A stretch of DNA of 64,000 bases from an uncultured Planctomycetaceae bacterium (GTDB taxonomy: Bacteria; Planctomycetota; Planctomycetia; Isosphaerales; Isosphaeraceae). The translations under genes and the position numbers were made by a program. This document shows positions 9,416 to 21,278 of this stretch, one piece after another (the first letter of the stretch is position 1; the number at the start of each line of letters is the position of its first letter). Below the pieces are notes generated by a model. That model searched no databases, was not told the origin of the DNA, and saw nothing but the letters and a program-made list of their open reading frames with translations. The stretch spans positions 416,001-480,000 of the forward strand of contig CAWIAD010000001.1 in the NCBI GenBank assembly GCA_963833985.1, read 5' to 3'.

Positions 9416-11698
9416 TTGGCAAGCTCCTTTTCTCTTCATCCCCTCCAATTGATGCTTCCCGCCGATCGCAGCACCTGGATCATCGCCCTGATCGGCAACC
9501 CGAACACGGGGAAGTCCACGCTCTTCGGCGCCCTTTCCGGTATCCCCCAGCGCGTGGGAAACTATCCCGGCGTGACCGTGGAGAAAACGGTTGGTGCGGT
9601 AGCGCACGCCGGCAGCCGCTGGACGCTGGTGGACCTACCGGGAACCTACAGCCTGGCTCCCCGATCTCCCGATGAGATGGTCGCGGTCGACGTCTTGCTG
9701 GGCAGGTCGGCCGATCTTCCTGCACCTGACGTCCTGGTGTGCGTGGTGGCGGCGAACAACCTAGAGCGCAACCTTTACCTCGTCAGCCAGGTGCTCGAGC
9801 TCGGTCTGCCCGTGGTCATCGCTCTGTCCATGCTCGACGTGGCGCACGATGATGGGCTGGAGGTTGATCCCGCCCGCCTGAGCCGTCAGCTCGGCCTTCC
9901 TGTCGTGCCGGTCCAGGCGCATCGCCGCCTGGGATTGGACGAGCTCAAGGACGCAATTGCAGAGGCCGCGAAGCAACCCGGCGCGAGTCCCGCGAGTCCG
10001 TTCCCGGCTGCATTTCGTGCCGAGGTGCAAGAGCTCGAAGCGCTGCTCGCCACAGCCAACGGGCATGCCGGGGAGCACCACTTGCCCCGCTACCTCGTCG
10101 AGCGGTTGTTGCTGGATACCGGCGGCTACATCGAGAGCCACCTTCCCGCTCTGACGAGCCGACCGACCGTGCGCGACATGCTTGCGCAGGCGCGCGAAAG
10201 GTTGAGCCAGGCCGGTTTCCCGGTTCCGGCCGTCGAGACCATGGCCCGCTACGCCTGGGTGTCGCGCGTGCTCGAAGGTGTGGTCGTTCATCCCGCCGAG
10301 CCGGCAAGCACCTGGGGAGACCGCCTCGATGCGATCCTGACGCACCGCGCCTGGGGCCTGCTGGCGCTCGCGGTGGTCTTGCTTCTGGTCTTCAGCGCTG
10401 TCTTCTCCTGGGCACGATGGCCCATGGAAGGGATCGAGGCGGCGATCGGCTGGCTCTCGGTACAGGCCGAGACCCGGCTGCCGGACGGCCCGTTGCGCAG
10501 CTTGCTGGTGGACGGCGTGATTGGGGGCATCGGCGCGGTGGTGATCTTCTTGCCCCAGATCTTCATCCTCTTCCTGATGCTCACGAGCCTGGAAGAATGC
10601 GGATACCTTGCGCGTGCCGCGTACCTGATGGATCGGGTGATGGTCCGGTTCGGGCTCAGCGGCAGGTCGTTCATCCCCTTGCTCTCCTCGTTCGCCTGTG
10701 CGATTCCGGCCGTGATGGCCGCGCGGGTCATCGAGAACCGGCGCGACCGGTTGACCACCATCCTCATCGCCCCGCTCATGAGCTGCTCCGCCCGCTTGCC
10801 GGTGTACACGCTGATGATCGCCGCGTTCATTCCCGACCGCAGGTTCGCGGGGGGACTGATCGGTCTCCAGGGCCTCGTCCTGCTGGCGATGTACGTGCTG
10901 GGCGTGGTGGTGGCCGCCGTTGTGGCACTGGTCCTGAAGCGAACCCTGCTCCGAGGTGCCGCTCCGCCGTTCCTCATGGAGTTGCCCGCCTACAAGTGGC
11001 CCGCGCCGGGGGTCGTGCTGCACCGGATGTTCGACCGGGGCTGGGACTTTCTGCGCAACGCGGGCACGATCATCTTCGCCATCTCCATCGTGATGTGGGG
11101 TGCGCTCTATTACCCGCGCATCTCCCCGCGTGACCTGGCGCCGCTGGCCGCGGAGCAGGCGCGCCTGGAGCACGAGCGCGACGACGCCCGGACCGCCGGC
11201 CACGTGGAGGCAGCGCAGCGCGCGAGCGCCTCTCTGACGGCCATCGCCAACCGCGTCGAGGGCGCCGAGAAGCGCCAGAGCCTGCTTGGCCGCGTGGGCC
11301 GGCTCATCGAGCCCGCCGTGCGGCCGCTCGGTTGGGACTGGCGCATCGGCAGCGCGGTCATCGCCTCGTTCCCCGCACGCGAGGTCGTGGTCGCCACCCT
11401 CGGGGTGATCTTCGACGTCGGCCGCGACATGGATACGCCCGAAGGAACGCAGAAGCTGGGCGACGCTCTTCGCTCGGCCTGCTGGGCCGACACCGGCCGG
11501 CCGCTGTTCGACGTTCCCGTCGCGCTCTCGATCATGGTCTTCTTCGCCCTTTGCGCCGAGTGTGTCTCCACGCTTGCCGTCATCGGCCGCGAGACGGGTG
11601 GCTGGGGCTGGCCCGCGTTCACCTTCTGTTACATGACGGTGCTGGCCTACGCGGGAGCGTTTCTCATCTACCAGGCCACGCACTGGCTGGGAGCGTGA
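9416..11698 (+). CDS. feoB: ferrous iron transport protein B
   Basis: GNPNTGKS, VGNYPGVTVE, DLPGTYSL, LEECGYLARAA, MSCSARLPVY, FLMELPAY, AREVVV. Start could be 9416 or 9452. Confidence 0.97.
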   Translation: MASSFSLHPLQLMLPADRSTWIIALIGNPNTGKSTLFGALSGIPQRVGNYPGVTVEKTVGAVAHAGSRWTLVDLPGTYSLAPRSPDEMVAVDVLLGRSADLPAPDVLVCVVAANNLERNLYLVSQVLELGLPVVIALSMLDVAHDDGLEVDPARLSRQLGLPVVPVQAHRRLGLDELKDAIAEAAKQPGASPASPFPAAFRAEVQELEALLATANGHAGEHHLPRYLVERLLLDTGGYIESHLPALTSRPTVRDMLAQARERLSQAGFPVPAVETMARYAWVSRVLEGVVVHPAEPASTWGDRLDAILTHRAWGLLALAVVLLLVFSAVFSWARWPMEGIEAAIGWLSVQAETRLPDGPLRSLLVDGVIGGIGAVVIFLPQIFILFLMLTSLEECGYLARAAYLMDRVMVRFGLSGRSFIPLLSSFACAIPAVMAARVIENRRDRLTTILIAPLMSCSARLPVYTLMIAAFIPDRRFAGGLIGLQGLVLLAMYVLGVVVAAVVALVLKRTLLRGAAPPFLMELPAYKWPAPGVVLHRMFDRGWDFLRNAGTIIFAISIVMWGALYYPRISPRDLAPLAAEQARLEHERDDARTAGHVEAAQRASASLTAIANRVEGAEKRQSLLGRVGRLIEPAVRPLGWDWRIGSAVIASFPAREVVVATLGVIFDVGRDMDTPEGTQKLGDALRSACWADTGRPLFDVPVALSIMVFFALCAECVSTLAVIGRETGGWGWPAFTFCYMTVLAYAGAFLIYQATHWLGA

Positions 11699-11701
11699 TC
11701 C

Positions 11702-11920
11702 GTGATCGAGAGCTGGCAAGACGTCGCGGCCCTGGGAGTCGTTGGCAGCGCGGTCCTGTACCTTGCCCGGCTGGCCTGGCGGGCCGCGCTGAGCCGTGGG
11801 ACGGGCGGCTGCGGCACGGGCTGCACGAAGTGCACGAGCCGCGCAGAAGTTGCCGGCGCAGCGCCCGGCGAGCCCGCACAGGTGGTCTCGATCGGCCCGC
11901 TCCATCAAGGACGAGCGTGA
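11702..11920 (+). CDS. FeoB-associated Cys-rich membrane protein
   Basis: 72 aa with an N-terminal TM helix, then GGCGTGCTKC; 3 bp after feoB. Confidence 0.85.
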   Translation: MIESWQDVAALGVVGSAVLYLARLAWRAALSRGTGGCGTGCTKCTSRAEVAGAAPGEPAQVVSIGPLHQGRA

Positions 11921-12094
11921 ACCCTCACCGGGACGTGAGCGCTGGGCCGGGCCGGAGCCAGCGTTTCCTGAAGCGCATCGGGAGATCCTTCCCGCATGGA
12001 CTAGCCCCTTGACACTGGTGGATGGTGCTTGTTTGATGCATCCAGCGTGCAAGCCTGGAAACAACGCCTCTCCCGAAAGCATCCGCCCACAACC

Positions 12095-13486
12095 ATGAGC
12101 ACTGAAACCAAGACATCTCCCGGCCAGCTTCCCGGATACATCGCCAGCGCAACGCCGAATCCTCCCGCGAACCGAGCGCCGTGGTACAAGAACACCGCGC
12201 CCACCTACGCTGGGATCTTCCTCTGGTTCGTGTTCTGGGACTCGATCGCGGGGAATGCTCTGGCGGCAGGCGGGCTGGGCGCAACGCTTCTGGGGATCTT
12301 GCTGGGTGCGCTCATTTGCCACTTCCTTTTCTACCTGGTGCCCGGCCTGCTGGGCATGAAGACGGGGTTGCCGCTCTACGTCGTGGGCACGTCCACCTTC
12401 GGGGCCATCGGCGGGCTGATCATGCCGGGGCTGCTCATGGGCGTGCTCCAGTTCGGCTGGCTGGGAGTCAATACGTTCGGGTCCTCCGACGCGCTCTCGA
12501 GAGGTCTGGGCGTGCCGGGGCTGTACATTCCGCTCTGCATCGTCTGGGCGCTCGGGGCGGCATTCGTGGGGCTCAAGGGAATTCAGTACGTCGCCAGGAT
12601 CGCCACCTTCCTGCCGCTGATTCCGCTGGCCGTCCTGATCATCGGGCTGGTGCTCTTCGCCGGCTCCGCGGCCAGCTACACGCCTCCGGCTCCCGCGGAG
12701 GGGCAGCCGGGCGGCGGCTTGCAGGCGATCCTGCTCATGGTCTCGGGCATCGTGGGGTTCTTCGCCACGGCCGGCGCGGCGGGCGTTGATTTCGGCATGA
12801 ACAGCCGTGATGGCGACGATGTGCAAAAGGGTGGTTACGTCGGCATCATCGCGGCGATCCTGCTCACGGCCGGCATCGCGGCGATTGCCCTGGCAGGCGC
12901 CCGGGCAGCGGCGGGTGCCGAGGGCGGGGTGGCCCAGGTGACCGATGCGCTCGCGACCAGGCTACCTTCCAGCTTCTACGCCCTGGTGATGATCGGGCTG
13001 ACGCTCGCGGCATTCCCCGGCGCCTGCTTCTCGTCGTTCATCGCGGCGAACAGCTTCAAGACCGTGATGCCGAAGATCAATCCGTTCCTGTCCGTCGGCA
13101 TGGGTGCGATCGTCAGCATCCTGCTGGCCACGATCAGGCTGCCAGGATCGGACAAGCCGATCGCCGCCAACCTGCCCGGCGTCTTCGGCATCATCGGCGC
13201 GTCGTTCGGGCCGATCTGCGGTGCCATGGTGGCCGATTACCTGCTGGCAGGCAGACGCTGGTCCGGTCCGCGCGCCGGATTCAACCCGGCCGGCTGGATC
13301 GCCTGGGCGCTCGGGTTCGTGGTCGGGATCTTGCCCAACCTCCACGGCATGAACGCCGCGATACCCGATGTACCCGCCGCCCCGGTGGCCGCCTTCATCG
13401 TTGGCTTTGCGGTCTACTTCGCCTGTGCCAGGATCGGCCTGATCTCCTCGGTCGTGCCGATGCCGAACCGTGCGGATGCCGCGTGA
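12095..13486 (+). CDS. cytosine permease-like transporter (NCS1 family)
   Basis: About 12 hydrophobic segments; GMKTGLPLYVVGTSTFG, QFGWLGVN, FGPICGAMVADY, GFNPAGWIAW. Confidence 0.88.
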   Translation: MSTETKTSPGQLPGYIASATPNPPANRAPWYKNTAPTYAGIFLWFVFWDSIAGNALAAGGLGATLLGILLGALICHFLFYLVPGLLGMKTGLPLYVVGTSTFGAIGGLIMPGLLMGVLQFGWLGVNTFGSSDALSRGLGVPGLYIPLCIVWALGAAFVGLKGIQYVARIATFLPLIPLAVLIIGLVLFAGSAASYTPPAPAEGQPGGGLQAILLMVSGIVGFFATAGAAGVDFGMNSRDGDDVQKGGYVGIIAAILLTAGIAAIALAGARAAAGAEGGVAQVTDALATRLPSSFYALVMIGLTLAAFPGACFSSFIAANSFKTVMPKINPFLSVGMGAIVSILLATIRLPGSDKPIAANLPGVFGIIGASFGPICGAMVADYLLAGRRWSGPRAGFNPAGWIAWALGFVVGILPNLHGMNAAIPDVPAAPVAAFIVGFAVYFACARIGLISSVVPMPNRADAA

Positions 13487-13501
13487 GCGGTGCGGGGGCT
13501 G

Positions 13502-14236
13502 CTACTGCGCGATGAGCGTGGCGATCAACCCGGGCGGCTTCGTTCCTGGAACCACCACGCGGTCGCCGGGGAAGAGCTGGTAGTTCGTGAGCGTGTCGCC
13601 GCGTTCCCGGATCCCGCACCAGTCGATCTTGAGCACCTGGTCGGGAGTGCCCGGCGGGTGCGGACGCACCAGGTAAGCCTTCTCCGGCAGGCTGTTCGAC
13701 CGCAGCCCGGCCTGGAGGATCGCGTCCAGCACGGTCTCGTTCCCCTTGATCGGGAACCGTCCCTGGGTGGTCACCGCGCCCATCACGTAATAGTACTTGC
13801 TCTGCACGTTCGCCAGGCGGACCGAGACCCGATATGGCTGGTCGATCTTCTGTCCCTGTTGCATGGCAACCGCACGGAGCTGCTGCGCGATCTTCTGCTC
13901 GACTTGCTCCAGCGTGAGCCCGACGACATACACATCACCGGCGAAGCCCAGGTCGATCACGCCGTCCTGCTGGACCGTGAAGGAACCTGGATTCCAGTCT
14001 GGTGGCATGGGCCGGACCGCGATGTCCAGCTCATCGGGCGGCTCGACGACGTACGTTGGCATCGTCACCTTGTCGAGCTCGCGGGCCTGCTGAGGGTCGA
14101 TGTAGCCGTGATCGGGGATACGTCTGGCTTCGTGCTTACGTCCGGTCCCCGCACAGCCGGGAACCAGCACGAGCCAGACCGCCGCGACAAGCGCGCAGAT
14201 GCGCCGGGGTTGGGCGGAATGCATCCCTGCGATCAT
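13502..14236 (-). CDS. polysaccharide export family lipoprotein (Wza-like)
   Basis: Lipobox-like LVPGC; YVVEPPDELDI, VQQDGVIDL, GLTLEQVEQKI, GAVTTQG, TVLDAILQAG, LFPGDRVVV. Confidence 0.9.
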   Translation of the reverse strand: MIAGMHSAQPRRICALVAAVWLVLVPGCAGTGRKHEARRIPDHGYIDPQQARELDKVTMPTYVVEPPDELDIAVRPMPPDWNPGSFTVQQDGVIDLGFAGDVYVVGLTLEQVEQKIAQQLRAVAMQQGQKIDQPYRVSVRLANVQSKYYYVMGAVTTQGRFPIKGNETVLDAILQAGLRSNSLPEKAYLVRPHPPGTPDQVLKIDWCGIRERGDTLTNYQLFPGDRVVVPGTKPPGLIATLIAQ

Positions 14237-14469
14237 GGAACTGGAACCTCGTGGATCGTTTGTGGTCCTGTCGCGGCTTCCCCCGTCCAGTGCGGTCGCA
14301 CTCCGATCAAGACCGTTCGGCCAGCGCTACTCTACGTATTCGGCAAACTCTCACAACGGCATCAGCGAAAGTTCGAGATTGACCAAAGTTTCTTGCCCGG
14401 ATACCGTACCCGCGCTCGGTGGCCCGGGCAGGTGGACGATTTACGAACGCAGACAATGCAGAGGCCGTC

Positions 14470-14727
14470 ATGGAAGACATTGAAAAGGTCGTGCATGGCT
14501 ACATCTTGAACGAGTTCTTGCCCGGGGAGGACCCCGCGGAACTGACCTCGCGCACCCCGCTGATCACAGGCGGGATCCTGGACTCGATCACGACGCTCAA
14601 GCTGGTGGTCTTCCTTGAAGAACACTTCGGCATCACGGTCGAGGCCTACGAGGCCGGCGTCGAGCACCTGGACTCGATCGGCCAGATCGCCCGGCTGGTC
14701 GCCGAGAAGGCGAAGGCGGCCGCCTGA
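14470..14727 (+). CDS. acyl carrier protein
   Basis: 85-aa acidic protein with GILDSIT phosphopantetheine site and LVVFLEEHFGI. Confidence 0.92.
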   Translation: MEDIEKVVHGYILNEFLPGEDPAELTSRTPLITGGILDSITTLKLVVFLEEHFGITVEAYEAGVEHLDSIGQIARLVAEKAKAAA

Positions 14728-14756
14728 TACGTGGAAACCTTGGCATGAATTCGCGT

Positions 14757-14874
14757 GTAGGGTGTGCCCAGCGCAGCGACGACGCACCATGCCGTTCCCA
14801 CGAACAGCGTGCCAGGTGTGGATCCGGCTCAATGAGCAATTCGGTGCGTCGTCGCAGCGCTGGACGCACCCTCC
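14757..14874. repeat. GTAG-type REP doublet (REPIN-like)
   Basis: GTAGGGTGTGCCCAGCGCAGCGACGACGCACC (14757-88) and an inverted copy (14843-74) with 4 mismatches, between convergent genes. Confidence 0.85.
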
Positions 14875-14989
14875 CAGCCAGCACCGTGGGACCCACCAAT
14901 CCGGTCGAATCGCCAATGCGGCCAGGGACAATTCCGGTCCATTCGAGGGCGTTCAATCGGCCGGGGCGGCGAGTGAGCGGCCGGGCGGG

Positions 14990-16613
14990 TCAAATCTCTT
15001 GCAGCACCAGGCTGCTCTGGCGCAGGTACTGAACCAGCTCACGGGTGAGCGTGCCGGAATTGTCCATGCGCGGCACCTTGTTCTGGCCGCCCAGCTTGCC
15101 GCGGGACTGCATCCAGGAGTTGAACGATCCCGGCCGGGCGACGATGAGCGACGGCAAGGGGAGGCCCACTCCCGCGCGCGATGGGCCAGGTAGTCGGCGT
15201 TGCGGCGCGCGAGGTCCGCGTCGAGCCGCCGGAGGAAGTCCTCGGGGCCGGCGGGCCTGTCGAGGAACTCGATGACGTACTGGTGATATCCCAGCGCTCC
15301 CTCGAAGACCGGGCCGACATGCCACTCGCGGACGGCCGCGCCGGTACCGGCGGAGGCAGCCGCGATGGCCGCCTCGATCTCCTCGCTGATGAGATGCTCG
15401 CCGAATGCGGAAAGCGTGTATCGCGTCCGCCCCGTGAAGGTGAAAAGCGGCGGGTCGAGCGACTCGAACCGCACCGTGTCGCCGATGATGTGCGCCCACA
15501 TCCCCGCGCACGTGGAGACCACGATCGCGTAATTCACTCCCTGCTGCGCCGACCCCAGCCAGTGCCGTGTCGGGCTCGGCGCATCGAGCTCTGCCACGGG
15601 CACGAACTCGTAGAAGAGCCCGTGGTCAACGATCAGCCGCAAGAGCTCGGTCTTCGGGTCGCCAAACGCGATGAACCCCTCGGAGCAGGGATAGGTTTCC
15701 TGGAGGCGGATCTGCGGACTTCCCAGGATTTTCTCGAAGGCCGAGCGGTACGGGTCGAATTTGACCCCGCCGTGAACGACCAGCTCCAGGTCGGGCCAGA
15801 CCGCGGCGATGCTCGAGGCCCCGGTACGCTCGAGCACGCGTTCGAAGAGCGTCAGCAGCCAGCTCGGAACACCGCTGATCAGGGTGATTCGTTCACGAAT
15901 GCTCAACTCAGCGAAACGCGCCAGCTTCGTCTCCCAGTTGGATTCGAGCGCCAGTGCCACCGGAGGAAATGTGTAGGGCGCAGCAGCGGAGAGAGTTCCA
16001 GGGCCGCGATGCCGCTCAGGTCGCCCTGGCGCACGCCGGGCGCGGGCTCTTCCAGGAGGGCCGTTCCACCCAGGAAGAAGAGGCGGCCGTGAAAGAGCCG
16101 GGAATCCGGCCGGGCAGCCAGGTGCGCGGCCACCATGGTCTGGGCCGCCTTGCGGTTCGAGACGACCATCTCGCGGGAGACCGGGATGTACTTGGTGGCG
16201 CCCTGGGTGGTTCCGCTGGTCAGTGCCAGGAACGGGATGCGGCCCGGCCATGTGAGGTTCTCGAAGACCGGATAGCTGAGGCGGAGATAATCGTCCCAGA
16301 GCGCCTCGTAGGTTCGCAGGGGAACGGCTTTCTGGAACCCGTCGATGCCGTCGATGCGATCGAACCCGTGGTCGCGGCCGAACCGCGTGCCGCGGGCGGT
16401 ACGCACCAGCCTGAGCAGGGTCCGCTCCTGGGCGCTGCGGGCATCGAGCGTCTCCAGGGTAGACCGGCGCAGCCGCGCATGCAGGTGGAACCCGGCATTG
16501 ACCAGGTGCCGGACCGGGCGAGACCCGGCGAGACGTACGACCGTCGCACTGGTGTTCGCAAGCTCCCGGTGCGGCGGTCGATCGACGGACTCAGGCGCTA
16601 CGGTGCTGTTCAT
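14990..16613 (-). CDS. GH3-family acyl-adenylating amide synthetase-like protein (frameshifts near 15975 and 15175)
   Basis: Three consecutive ORF pieces: QERTLLRLV, TRFGRDHGF, ALTSGTT, KYIPVS; SGVPSW, YPCSEGF, FYEFVP, IGDTVRF, FTGRT; GKLGGQNKVPR. Confidence 0.9.
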
Positions 16614-16619
16614 CGCCGG

Positions 16620-17198
16620 TTAGATCTGCGGTTTGACCCTCCGGCAGAAATACGCGCCGGCCGGGGGCAGGTTGCGAGGCTCGAAAGCGAACCGGACCTC
16701 TTCGAAGAACCGGCGGTAGAACCGGAGATAGACCCAGGGAAGCTCGGTGATCTGGTTGAACGTCCCCTCCGGCTTGAGGACCTGGCGAACCACCCGGAAA
16801 AGGTCGAACTGGAGCGCGCGCGGGAAGGAGGGCACGGGTAAGCCGGAGACGATGTAGTCGGCCTGGCCAATGCCCCGGTCGGCCAGAATCGCGGCCAGGT
16901 CGCGCACATCGCCCTCGACGATCTCCAGGCCGCCGGTGCCCGGGAAGCGCTGGCGGAGCAGCGTGCAGAAGTCGGGGTCGCGCTCCAGCACCAGCACTCG
17001 GCAGCCGGGCACGGCACGGGCGGCGAGCACCCGGGTGATCGGTCCGGTACCAGCGCCCAGCTCGACGATCACCCGCGCGCTGGCCCAGTCGATGTTGCGG
17101 ACCGTGGTGCGCGACAGCCAGGGGCTGCTCGGTGCCAGGCTGGCAATGGCGGTTCCCTGCTTGAGGAACTTGCCCAGGAACAGTGTGAAATCGCTCAT
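16620..17198 (-). CDS. PmtA-like lipid N-methyltransferase (candidate OlsG-type ornithine lipid methyltransferase)
   Basis: IASLAPSS, SAM motif VELGAGTGPIT, IVSGLP, RNLPPA; 192 aa. Confidence 0.88.
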   Translation of the reverse strand: MSDFTLFLGKFLKQGTAIASLAPSSPWLSRTTVRNIDWASARVIVELGAGTGPITRVLAARAVPGCRVLVLERDPDFCTLLRQRFPGTGGLEIVEGDVRDLAAILADRGIGQADYIVSGLPVPSFPRALQFDLFRVVRQVLKPEGTFNQITELPWVYLRFYRRFFEEVRFAFEPRNLPPAGAYFCRRVKPQI

Positions 17199-17246
17199 CG
17201 TGACTTTGTGAACCCCGGCTCCGCGGACGCAAGGCCGGCCTCTGGA

Positions 17247-18149
17247 TCACAGGCTCCCGTGTACCGGCCGCGACAGACTGGTGGCGATTCGAGACTTCGG
17301 CTTGGGCCGGCGGGCACGCTCCAGGAAGCGCTGGGGATCCAGCGTCGGGGGAACGACCTTGAGCTTGTCCTTGAGGTAGCGGACCACCAGTTGATTCACC
17401 AGGCGGGCCTTCTCGATCTGTGGCGCGTGGCCGCATTTGGGGATGACGACCTGACGGACCTTGAGGATCGCGTCGGCCGCGCGGATCGACCCGGGCACGT
17501 CGGAGATTACCAGGTCTCCCGCGCCCCAGATCACCAGTGTCGGGTGCGGCACGAGAGGGAGCAGGTCAGCCACCGAGTGGCCCACGGTACCCCGCAGGGT
17601 CCGCAGCACGCCCTTCTTCCACTTGCGGTCCTGAAACTTACGCTCGAACGCCTTGACAAGGTCTTCAGTGGCGAACCGTCCCTTGTGGAAGACCGACTTG
17701 ACCAGCGTGTCATACTGGCTGCGCTTCACGCCTTCCATGGCTGGCAAGTTCTCGTCTCCGTGAAATCCCGACGGGCAGATCAGCACCAGGCGGGAAACGC
17801 GCTCCGGGTGTTTCACGGCGTACTTGAGAATGACCTGGCACCCCAGGCTCGATCCCACCAGGTGGTAGGGAGGACGCTGCACGAACTGGTCCAGGTACAC
17901 CGCGAGCTGGTCGGCCAGGTAGTCGATACTGACCTCGCCTCCCGCATCAATGTGGGCATGCAGCGTATCACCGTCGTACACGAGGATCTCGGGGACCTTC
18001 ACGTCGAAATGGCGCGACAGGTGGCTCCTGTTGGCGAACCAGCTCTCGGGCTGCTCGGCCAGTCCGTTAACCAGGACAAGCGGTGCCCTGCGTTTGTATG
18101 TATGCAGCAGGCGGGGTAGGTCGAACCACTTGCGAACGTTGGGAGGCAT
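17247..18149 (-). CDS. alpha/beta hydrolase
   Basis: LVLVNGL, nucleophile GSSLG, PTLVIWG, CGHAPQIE. Confidence 0.9.
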   Translation of the reverse strand: MPPNVRKWFDLPRLLHTYKRRAPLVLVNGLAEQPESWFANRSHLSRHFDVKVPEILVYDGDTLHAHIDAGGEVSIDYLADQLAVYLDQFVQRPPYHLVGSSLGCQVILKYAVKHPERVSRLVLICPSGFHGDENLPAMEGVKRSQYDTLVKSVFHKGRFATEDLVKAFERKFQDRKWKKGVLRTLRGTVGHSVADLLPLVPHPTLVIWGAGDLVISDVPGSIRAADAILKVRQVVIPKCGHAPQIEKARLVNQLVVRYLKDKLKVVPPTLDPQRFLERARRPKPKSRIATSLSRPVHGSL

Positions 18150-18503
18150 GATCTGCCGGGGCTCCTGGTGGACGCGACAAGGCCGGTGACAGGCCGAGCG
18201 TCTCTGCTCGCGAGAATTCAGCAACTCATGGTTCATACCGCATATCAACTGTAAAGAAGCTACCACGAGCATCACGCGAGTCCAACAGCCTGGCGAGCGG
18301 GTTCATCGTAAATTCATGTGCGTGCACTGCACTTTGTGCAGGTGCCGCAAGGTTGCTCGAATTCCATGGGCTGCTTGACGTTCGCCCGGACCGCACTAAA
18401 AGATAGGTGGCGGAAGTCTGGCCGGTCCATGCCGTGACCGGCTGATCATCGTCCGCTTGCTGTCCTGTGCGCCCGCGCGAGCGGCGGAACTGGGAGTCCG
18501 ATC

Positions 18504-19523
18504 ATGAGAGTCTTCATCACCGGCGGTTCGGGTCTCATCGGCCGCCACCTGGCCAGCGCCCTGGTCGGGTCGGGACATCAGCCCGTGATCCTCTCGCGGC
18601 ATGCCGACGCCGTGCGGCGAAAGCCGGAATTCCGCAGCTACCAGGTCGTCCAGGGGGACCCGACCACCGAAGGCCGCTGGCAGGAGGAGGTTGACGGCTG
18701 TGACGCGGTCGTGAACCTCGCGGGCCACAACCTTTTCGGGGATCGCTGGAACAGCGAAGTGAAGCGGAAGATCCGTGACAGCCGGGTCCAGGCTACCGAT
18801 CAGGTGGTCGCGGCAATCCGCAAGGCGCGGACGAAGCCCGGGGTCCTGGTGCAGGCCTCCGCCATCGGCTATTACGGTCCGCATGGTGATGAGGAGCTGG
18901 ATGAAACCAGCCCGTCGGGATCGGATTTCCTGGCCGTGGTCTGTCGCGAGTGGGAGCAGGCCGCCGAGCCGGTCCGGGACATGGGGGTGCGCCAGGCCAC
19001 CGTGCGGGTCGGCATCGTCCTGGCACCCGGAGAAGGGGCCCTGGCCTTCATGACCCCGATTTTCAAGCTCGGGCCGGGAGCGCCCATCGGCAGTGGCGGA
19101 GGCCTGCTGGGCACGGGGCAGCAATGGATGAGCTGGGTGCACGTCGACGACATCGCCGGGCTCTTCCAGATGGCCGTCGAGAACCCGCAGGCCGCGGGTC
19201 CCATCAACGGTACGGCGCCGGCTCCGGTGCGCAACGCCGAGTTTTCCAGGACACTCTCGGCAGTGCTCCGCAAGCCCTACACGCCCTGGCGGTTCTTCGT
19301 GCCGGTGGGACCGCCGGACTTCGTCCTGAAGCTCATGCTCGGTGAGGTCGCCGGGGTGGTCACCGCCGGCCAGAAGGTTCTGCCGGCCAGGGCCGCGGCG
19401 CTCGGCTACCACTTCCGCTTTGCGGATCTTGAAGCGGCGCTGCGAGACGTCTTCCGGCCCAGGACCGCCCCCGCGTCGCGACGTCATGAAACCGCGGCTG
19501 CCGGGGCCGGGTCGCATCACTGA
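18504..19523 (+). CDS. TIGR01777-family NAD(P)-dependent epimerase/oxidoreductase
   Basis: ITGGSGLIG, AVVNLAG, SAIGYYG, CREWE, QQWMSWVHVDD, PVRNAEF. Confidence 0.93.
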   Translation: MRVFITGGSGLIGRHLASALVGSGHQPVILSRHADAVRRKPEFRSYQVVQGDPTTEGRWQEEVDGCDAVVNLAGHNLFGDRWNSEVKRKIRDSRVQATDQVVAAIRKARTKPGVLVQASAIGYYGPHGDEELDETSPSGSDFLAVVCREWEQAAEPVRDMGVRQATVRVGIVLAPGEGALAFMTPIFKLGPGAPIGSGGGLLGTGQQWMSWVHVDDIAGLFQMAVENPQAAGPINGTAPAPVRNAEFSRTLSAVLRKPYTPWRFFVPVGPPDFVLKLMLGEVAGVVTAGQKVLPARAAALGYHFRFADLEAALRDVFRPRTAPASRRHETAAAGAGSHH

Positions 19524-19554
19524 GCCGGCACGAACGCCTTGACCATGCAGCCGT

Positions 19555-20880
<1,326 letters not shown>

Positions 20881-21278
20881 CAAACCACCCCGCGGCCGGC
20901 TGATCGCACGCCCGGAAATGCCGTGCTGCACTCGCGCCTGTCACTGCTGGCCATCATGCCACCACAACAGCGGCGCATGCCTGAGAGTGATGGTCACAAT
21001 AACAGATTGCCCAGAACCTCTCAATTCTGGGCTATGGCAACACCGAACGCCACACAAAGACATGGAAACCGCGGCACGATCCTTTCCCTGTTGCTCACAA
21101 TCGGCCTCACACCGATCTCCAATGGTCGTTCCGCATGCCGGAGGGGCGGGCCGCGGCGACGAGAATGTTAAGACACGCGCCGCGGACTCGACTCCCTCTT
21201 GCGGCCACCCGCCCTTTGACGGGACCATGGAGTTCTGCCCGGGTGGGGCAGGCCACGGCGAATCGGAAAGGAAAAAAC

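Noticed and set aside
9761..12826. 1021-aa minus-strand ORF and similar long shadow ORFs (e.g. 23035..24810, 27407..29245, 29582..31441, 51141..53174, 56191..58485, 61436..63580)
   Set aside because: Antisense to well-supported genes, expected in high-GC DNA, and without recognisable motifs.
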